Virus record (IMG/VR): IMGVR_UViG_3300020182_002698
DNA length: 64,000 nt
Origin: a virus
Direction: 5' to 3' (one strand)
Part shown: positions 49,201-56,681 of the stretch, one piece after another
Position numbering within the stretch: position 1 is the stretch's first letter
How the letters are laid out: each line of letters starts with the position of its first letter
Made by a program: the position numbers and the translations under genes
Notes under the pieces: model-generated
The model's input: the letters and a program-made list of their open reading frames with translations, nothing else
What the model was told of the DNA's origin: nothing
Database searches by the model: none

Positions 49201-49467
49201 TTGATTGGATTGTTGTAAGTAGGCTTTGGCAATATATGCCGCCTCATATTTTGGAATCTGTGTGTTTACAAATTTAGTTGGTTCTGTCCCCCCAAAAAAT
49301 GAGGTAAACTCATCAAAGTTTGTAATGAAGATAGGTTCGAACGCCGGACCTGATAAGGTTTCACCGACGACACCTAAAGTCGTTACACCGACACTTTGAG
49401 CCACAAAACTTAAATCTCTTTCTGATGTATATACACCTGGAGATACGAATACTTTTTCTGCTGCCAT
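46282..49467 (-). CDS. Contractile tail sheath protein
   Basis: VSPGVYTSERD N-terminus; YYPW, WFASAGYTRG, INPI, VIWGNKT, DRINVRRLL and IYLKPTRALEFIDIEF in the C-terminus. Confidence 0.97.
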   Translation of the reverse strand: MAAEKVFVSPGVYTSERDLSFVAQSVGVTTLGVVGETLSGPAFEPIFITNFDEFTSFFGGTEPTKFVNTQIPKYEAAYIAKAYLQQSNQLFVTRVLGLSGYDAGPSWSISTVGNVNKSLITPKDSDGIAYTITFSGVSGNSSSTEITDFSNLPSSIESVFGLPYTTFSGNISTLQGNFESAVYQSIVNPVSSGATSFMFGTVSGETYDAITGASGTWTGTTNVLGVDGLTIDTADFEASENDSWYYALFPYNSGTGEYSGVGFGLSITGLTNTVGNNYTGVGVVYTTTYTGTPITDYHNMVVSTLRSRGISTTSNSNNPDYEVSGLTNVTINSTGVYSGITNNPFSNFQISGITNDSEIFTFNTSLSLSDPNFISKVLGQSNFSKPSNEIPLFVEEIYYNLLNTGYKEGKIRGLNTTLLGLQSAREDVDNTGIGWYLDRYQTPSTPYLVSELRGNEVSDLFKVISISDGNSANREIKVSIMNISFNNLTFDVVVRSFYDTDSNPIVLEKFTNCTMDINLNSYVAKKIGTANGDFELKSRYIMLEVNEEAPSDSLPCGFKGYQTRQYSSYKSPHLLYKTKYDTPGEVLFNPPFGSSNGDNLTRSAGDNPRRVFLGVSNTVGIDVDFTSYKGKQNPTNLSTATESSPWAELTKGYHMDSGATVVLIPSQYVTSGETAFEVGDASFDSEPNEDSPYYRLNSRKFTLVPTGGFDGWDIYRESRTNGDTFILGNNGYLRGAAPSVRFPSATGWGAFKTIVGPDKQDWGNTDYYAYLWGQWTFVNPEAVNINVFTTSGIDYVNNSNLVEEAIDMIETDRADSIYICTTPDYNMFVNTTSNFTTDFIYPQEATENLEDTGIDSNYTATYYPWILTRDTVNNTQIYLPPTAEVVRNLALTDNISFPWFASAGYTRGLVNGIKARKKLTQDDRDILYKGRINPIATFSDVGTVIWGNKTTQVKQSALDRINVRRLLLQARKLISAVAVRLLFEQNDDQVRQEFLDSVNPILDSIRRDRGLIDFRVVVQNTPEDLDNNTLVGKIYLKPTRALEFIDIEFLITPTGASFEDI

Positions 49468-49605
49468 ATTAATTATTTTTCTTTTTATTTATTTTATTGA
49501 TAAATATTATAGAAAAAACCAAACGACAAATGTTATGGCGTTATATTTATTTACAAGTATGAAAAATTTCTTACTTTTTTCTACCTTTTTAAAAACCTTT
49601 CTTAA

Positions 49606-49755
49606 ATGATAAAAATAAAGAATTTAAAAATATCTGAAGAATCACATGATATGTTGAAAAAACACTGTCAAAAAAACGGATTAAAAATGTTTAAGTTTAT
49701 TGAAAAACTTATTGAAGAAAACTGTAAAGAAGAAATCGACATCTATGGTGAATAA
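49606..49755 (+). CDS. 49-aa ribbon-helix-helix-like DNA-binding protein (missing from ORF track)
   Basis: MIKIKNLKISEESHDMLKKHCQKNGLKMFKFIEKLIEENCKEEIDIYGE*; alternating beta strand (KNLKI) then helix-G-helix is the RHH pattern; divergent from the sheath gene. Confidence 0.65.
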   Translation: MIKIKNLKISEESHDMLKKHCQKNGLKMFKFIEKLIEENCKEEIDIYGE

Positions 49756-50805
49756 TTAATTACTATAGGGTATGTGTGCTTTTGTCTTAATAGTGGAATC
49801 CTTACTGTCATCTATTTTAACGACATCGAACTTAATGATGTCATTGGTGTTAACCTGTATATTACTTAAATCATCTCCCATATAATTGTCGTTAATATAT
49901 ACTGAAAACTCATCGACGTTATCTGTCGACAAAAAAGTTAGGTCTATGGTATATGGATATTTTTCAGATAAACTATTAATTCCCGACATAAATAAAATAT
50001 CTATGTCGAAGTTCTGAGGATTAGGTGGGTTTTTTCTAGCCCTTCTTGATTGTGTCCCCGTCTCCACTTCATATAATGTTAATGCCCTACTAATTGCCGG
50101 AGAAACTTGGAACTCTTCCTCGTCAATTAAAAAACCCATCATTAAGAACTCATAGTTTTGAACGTAGTACTTCCTTTTTTCAATATCCAATACTGACTCA
50201 TCAGATATACCATTTAAAATTATAGGAACGTAATGACCCTTAACAAATGTATAAGCTTGTCTTGAAGAAAATTTCTGTAAAACTAATTTGTTAAACTCAT
50301 TCAAGTGTCGCATTTTAGTACAAAATATTTTTATATTATACGTAATATCTACAGGTACGGGTTGAGGGATTTTATAAATATCCATTCCTTTTCTTTGACC
50401 GTCCCACGTTGGAACCTTAGCGTAGTAAAATTGTTTTCTGTTTGGTATGGTGTACTGTAGTGAAGGGTTGGTACCGTACTTAACGTCTGGATTTCTTACA
50501 GTTGCAATAAATGGGGGTTTGATGTTTTTATCTAAGTTCTGAAAATCCCAAGTCTCAGCAAACTGAGACCAGTTTTGAGTTGTAATAATAATATCAACAG
50601 GGTTAACTTTTTTACCCTCTGCAGTCATCTCTAAATCGTTCTTAACAAAATCTAACATACCCCTATCTAAGTCAGCATGTAAAACACTCTTAGGTAAATA
50701 TGTACCATCTTTTTGAATATATTCCAGTAGTTGCTCCCTCCTCTCTAATAAAATTTTATCAGGAGTTAAAGGTAGATGTTTTTTTATTTTTTTAGGAAAT
50801 GACAT
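49756..50805 (-). CDS. Tail terminator / tail completion protein (T4 gp15-like)
   Basis: PQPVPVDITYNIKIFCTKMRHLNEFNKLVLQKF resembles the gp15-like motif; position near neck and sheath genes. Confidence 0.65.
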   Translation of the reverse strand: MSFPKKIKKHLPLTPDKILLERREQLLEYIQKDGTYLPKSVLHADLDRGMLDFVKNDLEMTAEGKKVNPVDIIITTQNWSQFAETWDFQNLDKNIKPPFIATVRNPDVKYGTNPSLQYTIPNRKQFYYAKVPTWDGQRKGMDIYKIPQPVPVDITYNIKIFCTKMRHLNEFNKLVLQKFSSRQAYTFVKGHYVPIILNGISDESVLDIEKRKYYVQNYEFLMMGFLIDEEEFQVSPAISRALTLYEVETGTQSRRARKNPPNPQNFDIDILFMSGINSLSEKYPYTIDLTFLSTDNVDEFSVYINDNYMGDDLSNIQVNTNDIIKFDVVKIDDSKDSTIKTKAHIPYSN

Positions 50806-51278
50806 TAGATTACTATTTCATTTATATGGAAGATTTTATTTCGAGTATTAATCATATCAATCTCATTTGCGTTATAAATTGGTTCTTCGCTATCTTTTTT
50901 AACAAATGAATCGTATTTGTATGGGTTATATGTGATTACGTTATCATTAGTTTCTGCAGGCATTTCTTCACAAGGGAACTGACAATAGTCAACTAAATCA
51001 CCAATAACAAATGCGTGTACGTTCTTTCTCATTTCTTGTCTTACTTTGTCTTTTCCCCCCTTTCTTACCCTAAACTCTACATTTCTTAATTTAACGTAGT
51101 CGGCATACAAAATTACCCTACCCCCATAAGTCACTGAAAATGTATGTTTATGTAAGTTATAATATACCATAACCCTCAAACCAGTTAAATCCTCAGGAGT
51201 TAATTCTTCCTCCTGTTCAATAATTAAACCCATATGAGTCTTCATTTTATTAATTTCTTTTAATAGATATCTATTCAT
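50805..51278 (-). CDS. Conserved phage hypothetical protein (KNVHAFV.G type) with acidic leader
   Basis: VYYNLHKHTFSV...VKLRNVEFRV...RKNVHAFVIG; function unknown. Confidence 0.55.
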   Translation of the reverse strand: MNRYLLKEINKMKTHMGLIIEQEEELTPEDLTGLRVMVYYNLHKHTFSVTYGGRVILYADYVKLRNVEFRVRKGGKDKVRQEMRKNVHAFVIGDLVDYCQFPCEEMPAETNDNVITYNPYKYDSFVKKDSEEPIYNANEIDMINTRNKIFHINEIVI

Positions 51279-51790
51279 AATCCTCTAAATTCATTTTCAC
51301 TAACAGGTGATGCAGTAATTGACCTATAATAAGGTTTGTAACCACCATAAGTATGTTTATTATCACTCGTGACTCTTCCGTCATTAGATACCGAGTAGTA
51401 TCTAACACGAGATTCAGTCTCATAGTAACCTATATAATCACCATAATTAATATCTATTTCTAACTCATCTAAAGTCGTTTGATATACGCCAACCTTTAAG
51501 TTACCCGGCTCCATTTGTGTCATGTTACTATTACCGTAATTTTGATTTTCAGGTTGTTCTATTTGGACGTACCCCCTAAATTCAACGGGAGGATGGAACT
51601 TTACTCCGTCTTCTACGGTTTCACCGTAAACATCATCAGTTACTGTTTTTTGTTGGTCGATTCTATATAAAACTAACCTAAAATTCATATCACCCTCAAG
51701 CCATTCTCGACCCATTGCGATATCTAACTCAAAGTCTTCCGACCCGAAAAACTTTTCTAATCTTGTAATTGGAACCTTTCTATTACTCAT
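51275..51790 (-). CDS. Head closure / neck protein (T4 gp14-like)
   Basis: LYRID...DDVYGE...F.PPVE motif; context with gp13-like and gp15-like genes. Confidence 0.65.
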   Translation of the reverse strand: MSNRKVPITRLEKFFGSEDFELDIAMGREWLEGDMNFRLVLYRIDQQKTVTDDVYGETVEDGVKFHPPVEFRGYVQIEQPENQNYGNSNMTQMEPGNLKVGVYQTTLDELEIDINYGDYIGYYETESRVRYYSVSNDGRVTSDNKHTYGGYKPYYRSITASPVSENEFRGL

Positions 51791-51811
51791 TATTGATAAA
51801 TATTAAGTTAT

Positions 51812-53596
51812 TTGTTATATTTAAGTGTATTTAGTCGACTTTTGGAAAATAAAACATTAAATAGCTTGCCTGAAGTGAGGGCTCTTCGTATTTTAGAGAA
51901 ATACGAGGGGTATAATAATTACATTATCCGGTTACAGGATAAGATGAAAAAATTTAATCATTTTAAACTTACTCGTGCCCAAGCGGATTACATAATTAAA
52001 TTTAAAGATACTGTACCCAAAATAGCTAGAAGGTGGGTGGAACTTGATAGTTACTTTGGTCAAAAACTAATGAATGACAAGTTACTACCAAAGAGACCTG
52101 AAAAAATTTATGTGGAAAAATTATTAGTGGAGAAAGAAAAGTCGTACCACATATGGGGTAAGTTATTTGAAAGTGAGGAACTTACAGACATATGGTTACC
52201 TAAAGTTGCGTTAACAAAAAACAAACAAAGGGAAGTAAAAATCGACTATAGTAAGTACTCACATAGACCTCCGCTTTCACACCAAAAAGAATCTATAGAA
52301 AAACTTGTTGGTAATGACAAATATATATTGGCAGATGATATGGGTCTCGGAAAAACAACCTCAACAGTTATTGCGTCGATAGAGATGGGGATAGAAAAAG
52401 TATTAATTATATGCCCCGCATCTTTAAAAATTAACTGGGAGAGAGAAATACAAAATTATACGGAAAAATCTATTTCAATTATTGAGGGTAAAAAGTGGGA
52501 ACCTTCCGAGTATACCATTATAAATTATGATATATTAAAAAACTTTCACGACCCAAAATACCCCGATAAATCAGAGATTTTAAATTATGGTTTTGATTTG
52601 ATTGTAATGGACGAAGCTCACTACGTTCAAAATAAAAAAGCTCAAAGAACAAAAATTGTAAATGACATCGCTAACAAAATAGGTAAGGTATGGTTACTAA
52701 CGGGAACTCCGATGACCTCAAGGCCGATGAATTATTATAATCTTTTAGACTTAGTAGACTCTCCAGTCGCAGAAAATTGGATGGCCTACGCTATAAGGTA
52801 CTGTGCAGGTTATCAATTTAGTGTTGGTAGTAAAAGAGTTTGGAATGTTTCGGGAGCGTCTAATCTAGAAGAGTTAAGAGACAGGACAAAACCACAAGTA
52901 TTAAGAAGACTAAAGGAAGACATCTTGGACTTACCTGAAAAAATAATAACTCCAGTTTATTTAAGAACCAAGTCTAAAGAATATAAAAAATTGATGGGTG
53001 AATACTATGATTGGTATAATTCATCTGAAGACTCGAATTCACTGACAATACAATTTTCTAAGTTAATGAAAGTCCGACAAGTTATTGCTGAAGAAAAAAT
53101 AAAAGACACAATAGAAATTGCTCAGAACATAATAGACCAAGGTAAAAAAGTAATAATATTTACAAATTTTACAGATACACTAAATAAAATAAACGAACAT
53201 TTTGGTAAAGAGTCAGTTAAGTTAGATGGTAAAATGACCAAACCTAAAAGACAGGAATCTGTAGACGAGTTTCAAAACAATGATGACATCAAAGTTTTTG
53301 TAGGTAATCTAAAAGCTGCGGGAGTAGGAATAACCCTAACAGCTGCAGAGGCGGTTATAATGAATGACCTATCTTTTGTTCCTGCTGACCATTCACAAGC
53401 CGAAGATAGGGCGTATAGATATGGACAAAAGTTCTCAGTTTCAGTTTATTACCCGATATTAGAAAATACAATAGAAGGTATTATATATAATATACTAACT
53501 AAAAAGAAAAATATTTTTGAAACAGTTATGGGTGATAATGAAGGTAAAGGTGACGTAATGGAAGAAATATTAAATATGATTTCACAAGAAAGGTGA
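51812..53596 (+). CDS. SNF2-family helicase/translocase (SMARCAL1/HepA-like); start uncertain
   Basis: ILADDMGLGKT, VMDEAHY, LLTGTP, GITLTAAE and QAEDRAYRYGQ. Confidence 0.93.
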   Translation: MLYLSVFSRLLENKTLNSLPEVRALRILEKYEGYNNYIIRLQDKMKKFNHFKLTRAQADYIIKFKDTVPKIARRWVELDSYFGQKLMNDKLLPKRPEKIYVEKLLVEKEKSYHIWGKLFESEELTDIWLPKVALTKNKQREVKIDYSKYSHRPPLSHQKESIEKLVGNDKYILADDMGLGKTTSTVIASIEMGIEKVLIICPASLKINWEREIQNYTEKSISIIEGKKWEPSEYTIINYDILKNFHDPKYPDKSEILNYGFDLIVMDEAHYVQNKKAQRTKIVNDIANKIGKVWLLTGTPMTSRPMNYYNLLDLVDSPVAENWMAYAIRYCAGYQFSVGSKRVWNVSGASNLEELRDRTKPQVLRRLKEDILDLPEKIITPVYLRTKSKEYKKLMGEYYDWYNSSEDSNSLTIQFSKLMKVRQVIAEEKIKDTIEIAQNIIDQGKKVIIFTNFTDTLNKINEHFGKESVKLDGKMTKPKRQESVDEFQNNDDIKVFVGNLKAAGVGITLTAAEAVIMNDLSFVPADHSQAEDRAYRYGQKFSVSVYYPILENTIEGIIYNILTKKKNIFETVMGDNEGKGDVMEEILNMISQER

Positions 53597-53635
53597 GTTT
53601 GTTTTTATATTTCGCATTATTTATATATAAAAATA

Positions 53636-55195
53636 ATGGGTACTAAAAGGGCATTAAATAAAATAACTGATATAGAAAATCAGATTATAAGTGAAGGGAT
53701 AAAAAGAAAAGTATCACCGAACGTCCCAAAAGAAATTTTAAAAGAAATGAAAAAAATAGGTATCGAAAGATTACCTTACTCTTATTCAGCCTTAGAACGT
53801 TTTATAGATAAAGAAACTATGAACGTACACTACAATAAACATTATAAAGGTTATGTTAATAAACTTAATGATGCGATAAAAGATAAAAAGGGTAAGGACA
53901 AAAAATTAAAAGATATTGTGAAAACAATATCAATGTACGACAGAACTGTAAAAAATAATGCTGGCGGAGCGTTCAACCACGCATTGTTTTGGAAAATGTT
54001 AAGTCCTAAAAGGCAAAGATGTTCAGGAGAAATCTATGAGAAAATTATTAAAGAGTATAAAACGTTTAATAACTTTAAAAAGTTATTTGAGTCCGCAGCT
54101 CAAAAAAGATTTGGTTCAGGGTGGGTATGGCTTGTTTTAACAAAAAATAATAGGTTAAAAATAATGACTACTGCAAATCAAGACAACCCTCTTATGAATA
54201 CCATTAAAGACGGTGGACTTCCATTATTAGGTTTGGATTTATGGGAACACTCTTATTATTTAAAATATAGAAATAAAAAAGACGATTATATAAAAAACTT
54301 TTGGTCAGTAGTGAATTGGGATTTTGTGAACAACTTATATACATCTAACCCTAAATCCTCAATAAAGGAGTCGTTTAATAAAAAAAATCTTATTGTTGAA
54401 ATTGAGAGTCAGGGGTGTAATTCAAGACAAGTTAAACAGACCATAGAATTATTTAACACCAATCCTCAAATAAAGTGGAAATATCGTACCGTAATTGATA
54501 AGGTTTTTAAAGAAATCTTTAAAGATTATTGGAGAGAAAAAGAAGGAGAGCAGTTATCGGGTATATATGACTTTGAATATAAAGGGAGTGTTGAAGGAGG
54601 TCGGTCGGTATTAAATAAAATCAATACAAACGCAACTACATTTTGTATTTTAAAAAATGACATTAATATTACTTTAAAACATTATGGACACCCTCCGATT
54701 AGTTTTTACGGAAAAAATAAAAATGAACAAATAAAGGAATTATATCGATTTTTAAAATATATCATCCATTGGAAAGATAGTCTATTTAAAAATACATCAA
54801 ACACTTTTGACTCTATGTATACCGCGGTTAATAGAAAAAATAAACAAGGTGATAAAACTGAAAATTTAGCGGTTAAAGAATTACAAAAAGTGTTCGGAGT
54901 TTCTAACGTAAAAAAAGTTGGTGAATTAGGTAGTGTTATAGATGCTATCGGTGGTGTTGATGCGATTATAAGGACAGATAATGGAGATAAAACTGTACAA
55001 ATAAAACCATTTAGAGATTATATTATTGAAGATGGGAAAATAACTATGGTCGGAACAGGTGTTATAAAACAGTATAAAACCGATATGTTAGTATTTCATA
55101 ATAAAAATAAAGGAATAGTGGTATTTGATAATAACAACACCCAAATTAAAAACGGGAAATATGTTTTTGATAAAGAGTCTCAATATAAGTCTTGA
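53636..55195 (+). CDS. sodA: Mn-type superoxide dismutase fused to a C-terminal PD-(D/E)xK-like domain
   Basis: LPYSYSALE, HYNKHYKGY, NNAGGAFNHALFW, GSGWVWL, NQD and LDLWEHSYY give all four metal ligands plus the Mn-type GG/Q signature; ~280 extra C-terminal residues. Confidence 0.85.
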   Translation: MGTKRALNKITDIENQIISEGIKRKVSPNVPKEILKEMKKIGIERLPYSYSALERFIDKETMNVHYNKHYKGYVNKLNDAIKDKKGKDKKLKDIVKTISMYDRTVKNNAGGAFNHALFWKMLSPKRQRCSGEIYEKIIKEYKTFNNFKKLFESAAQKRFGSGWVWLVLTKNNRLKIMTTANQDNPLMNTIKDGGLPLLGLDLWEHSYYLKYRNKKDDYIKNFWSVVNWDFVNNLYTSNPKSSIKESFNKKNLIVEIESQGCNSRQVKQTIELFNTNPQIKWKYRTVIDKVFKEIFKDYWREKEGEQLSGIYDFEYKGSVEGGRSVLNKINTNATTFCILKNDINITLKHYGHPPISFYGKNKNEQIKELYRFLKYIIHWKDSLFKNTSNTFDSMYTAVNRKNKQGDKTENLAVKELQKVFGVSNVKKVGELGSVIDAIGGVDAIIRTDNGDKTVQIKPFRDYIIEDGKITMVGTGVIKQYKTDMLVFHNKNKGIVVFDNNNTQIKNGKYVFDKESQYKS

Positions 55196-55213
55196 TAAAT
55201 AAAGATTTCTAAA

Positions 55214-55220
55214 TATTTAT
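55214..55220 (+). promoter_or_regulatory. Representative TATTTAT motif (putative phage late promoter element)
   Basis: The same 7-mer lies on the coding strand upstream of at least 12 gene starts (see findings). Confidence 0.55.
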
Positions 55221-55234
55221 ATATAAAATATATC

Positions 55235-56347
55235 ATGTCAGCAATTAACGAACCACAAAGAAGTAAGCTATATACTCGTATAAAACATCTATTAGGTGCT
55301 CCCTTACGTGGTGTAGAAATTACCGATGAAATGATGGATTCACTAATGGAATTATCAATTCAAGACTACGCACAATATGTTAACGATTGGTTAATTGAGG
55401 CTCAATGGACATCATTGTACGGGCTAAATTTAGATGAACAGTCGGTAACTAGAGCTTTTATAACTCGTAGTTTAGATTGGGAAACACAGTATACATACGC
55501 TTACTCAAAAATTGTCGGTTTACAGGCTGGAGGTGACTCAGTATTAAAAAAAGATTTTATTACTTTAGTTCCTGGACAACAAATTTATGAGGTACCTGCA
55601 GGAAGAGAAATTAATGAGTTATTATGGTTTAGTAGGGCAGAGTTAGATGCGGCATTTTTTGACCCATTTATGGGTGGTTTTGGTGGTTTTGGTGGTGTAG
55701 GTTTAGGTGGAGGAGCGGGATTCTCTCAAATGGGTTCTCAGGGAAATTATTTTATAACACCGGCCTTTGATATGTTACTTAGAATGCAAGATATTAACAT
55801 TAAGAGAAGAATAATTTCAGGAGATTTAACTTATAGAATTACTGCACTACCTGAAGGTAAAAAGGCGGTTCATCTAATGAATGTACCTGGAGGTAAATTT
55901 GATTTTGGTAATATTCAATATAATCAATACGTTGTGTGGTATTGGTATTATGAAACTGATGACCGTGAGACCTGTTTAGCTGAAAATCCTGACATAGTAA
56001 GATTACCTTCAGATATCCCGATAGATGAAATGTTATGGGATGAGTTAAATAATCCAGCCCAAACATGGGTTAGGAGATGGTTTACTGCTTATGTAAAAGA
56101 ATCTTTAGGGAGGGTAAGAGGTAAGTACCTAGGAAATCTAAAAACACCTGACTCCGAAATACAAATGGAGTATGACTCACTTTTAACAGAATCAAAAGAC
56201 GAAAAATCAAAACTAATAGAAGAGTTAACTCAAAGGTTAGAAAGATTAAGGCCTGATAAAATGATGGAAAGACAAGCTAATGAAGCGGAAAATTTAAATA
56301 AATCATTACAATATCGGGCATTCCCAAGACAATTTTATTCAATATAA
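55235..56347 (+). CDS. Neck / head-tail adaptor (T4 gp13-like)
   Basis: LGAPLRGVEITDEMMDSLMELSIQDY at the N-terminus and WVRRWFTAYVKESLGRVRGKY near the C-terminus. Confidence 0.75.
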   Translation: MSAINEPQRSKLYTRIKHLLGAPLRGVEITDEMMDSLMELSIQDYAQYVNDWLIEAQWTSLYGLNLDEQSVTRAFITRSLDWETQYTYAYSKIVGLQAGGDSVLKKDFITLVPGQQIYEVPAGREINELLWFSRAELDAAFFDPFMGGFGGFGGVGLGGGAGFSQMGSQGNYFITPAFDMLLRMQDINIKRRIISGDLTYRITALPEGKKAVHLMNVPGGKFDFGNIQYNQYVVWYWYYETDDRETCLAENPDIVRLPSDIPIDEMLWDELNNPAQTWVRRWFTAYVKESLGRVRGKYLGNLKTPDSEIQMEYDSLLTESKDEKSKLIEELTQRLERLRPDKMMERQANEAENLNKSLQYRAFPRQFYSI

Positions 56348-56348
56348 T

Positions 56349-56681
56349 ATGGCAATTTTTAAATCAACACCAATTACAAAAATTATTAATGGTCTAACCA
56401 TTAAAACTTCAGAATCAACACTTTTAAGTAGTGAATCGTATACCACAAGCGGAGAGGCTGCGATTATTATTAAAGATGTTAAAGTCTGTAAATTACAATT
56501 AGATTCAAATACGACTGAACACGTAACAATTAAAGCGTTAACCGATGTTTTAGTGGTCGGAGATTATTCGATTGATGAGGAATTCGATGAAATAGAATTA
56601 CAGAATGGTGCGTCTGTAGAACTTAGATTTATAAGAGATGGTTGGTTTATTATGTCGTCTGATGGTCTAAAGAATTCATAA
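56349..56681 (+). CDS. Hypothetical beta-rich protein
   Basis: 110 aa ORF directly after the gp13-like gene; its 3' end overlaps the convergent polB by 32 nt. Confidence 0.55.
   Translation: MAIFKSTPITKIINGLTIKTSESTLLSSESYTTSGEAAIIIKDVKVCKLQLDSNTTEHVTIKALTDVLVVGDYSIDEEFDEIELQNGASVELRFIRDGWFIMSSDGLKNS

Noticed and set aside
18484-51790. Bacterial contractile injection system (eCIS/T6SS/tailocin) rather than a phage
   Set aside because: Neck (gp13/gp14-like) genes, PolB, helicase, SSB, recombinase and RNR are interleaved with the tail genes, as in a lytic myovirus.
56650-56681. 32-nt convergent overlap between polB and the 110-aa gene as an antisense control
   Set aside because: Short convergent 3' overlaps are common in compact phage genomes; there is no further evidence of regulation.
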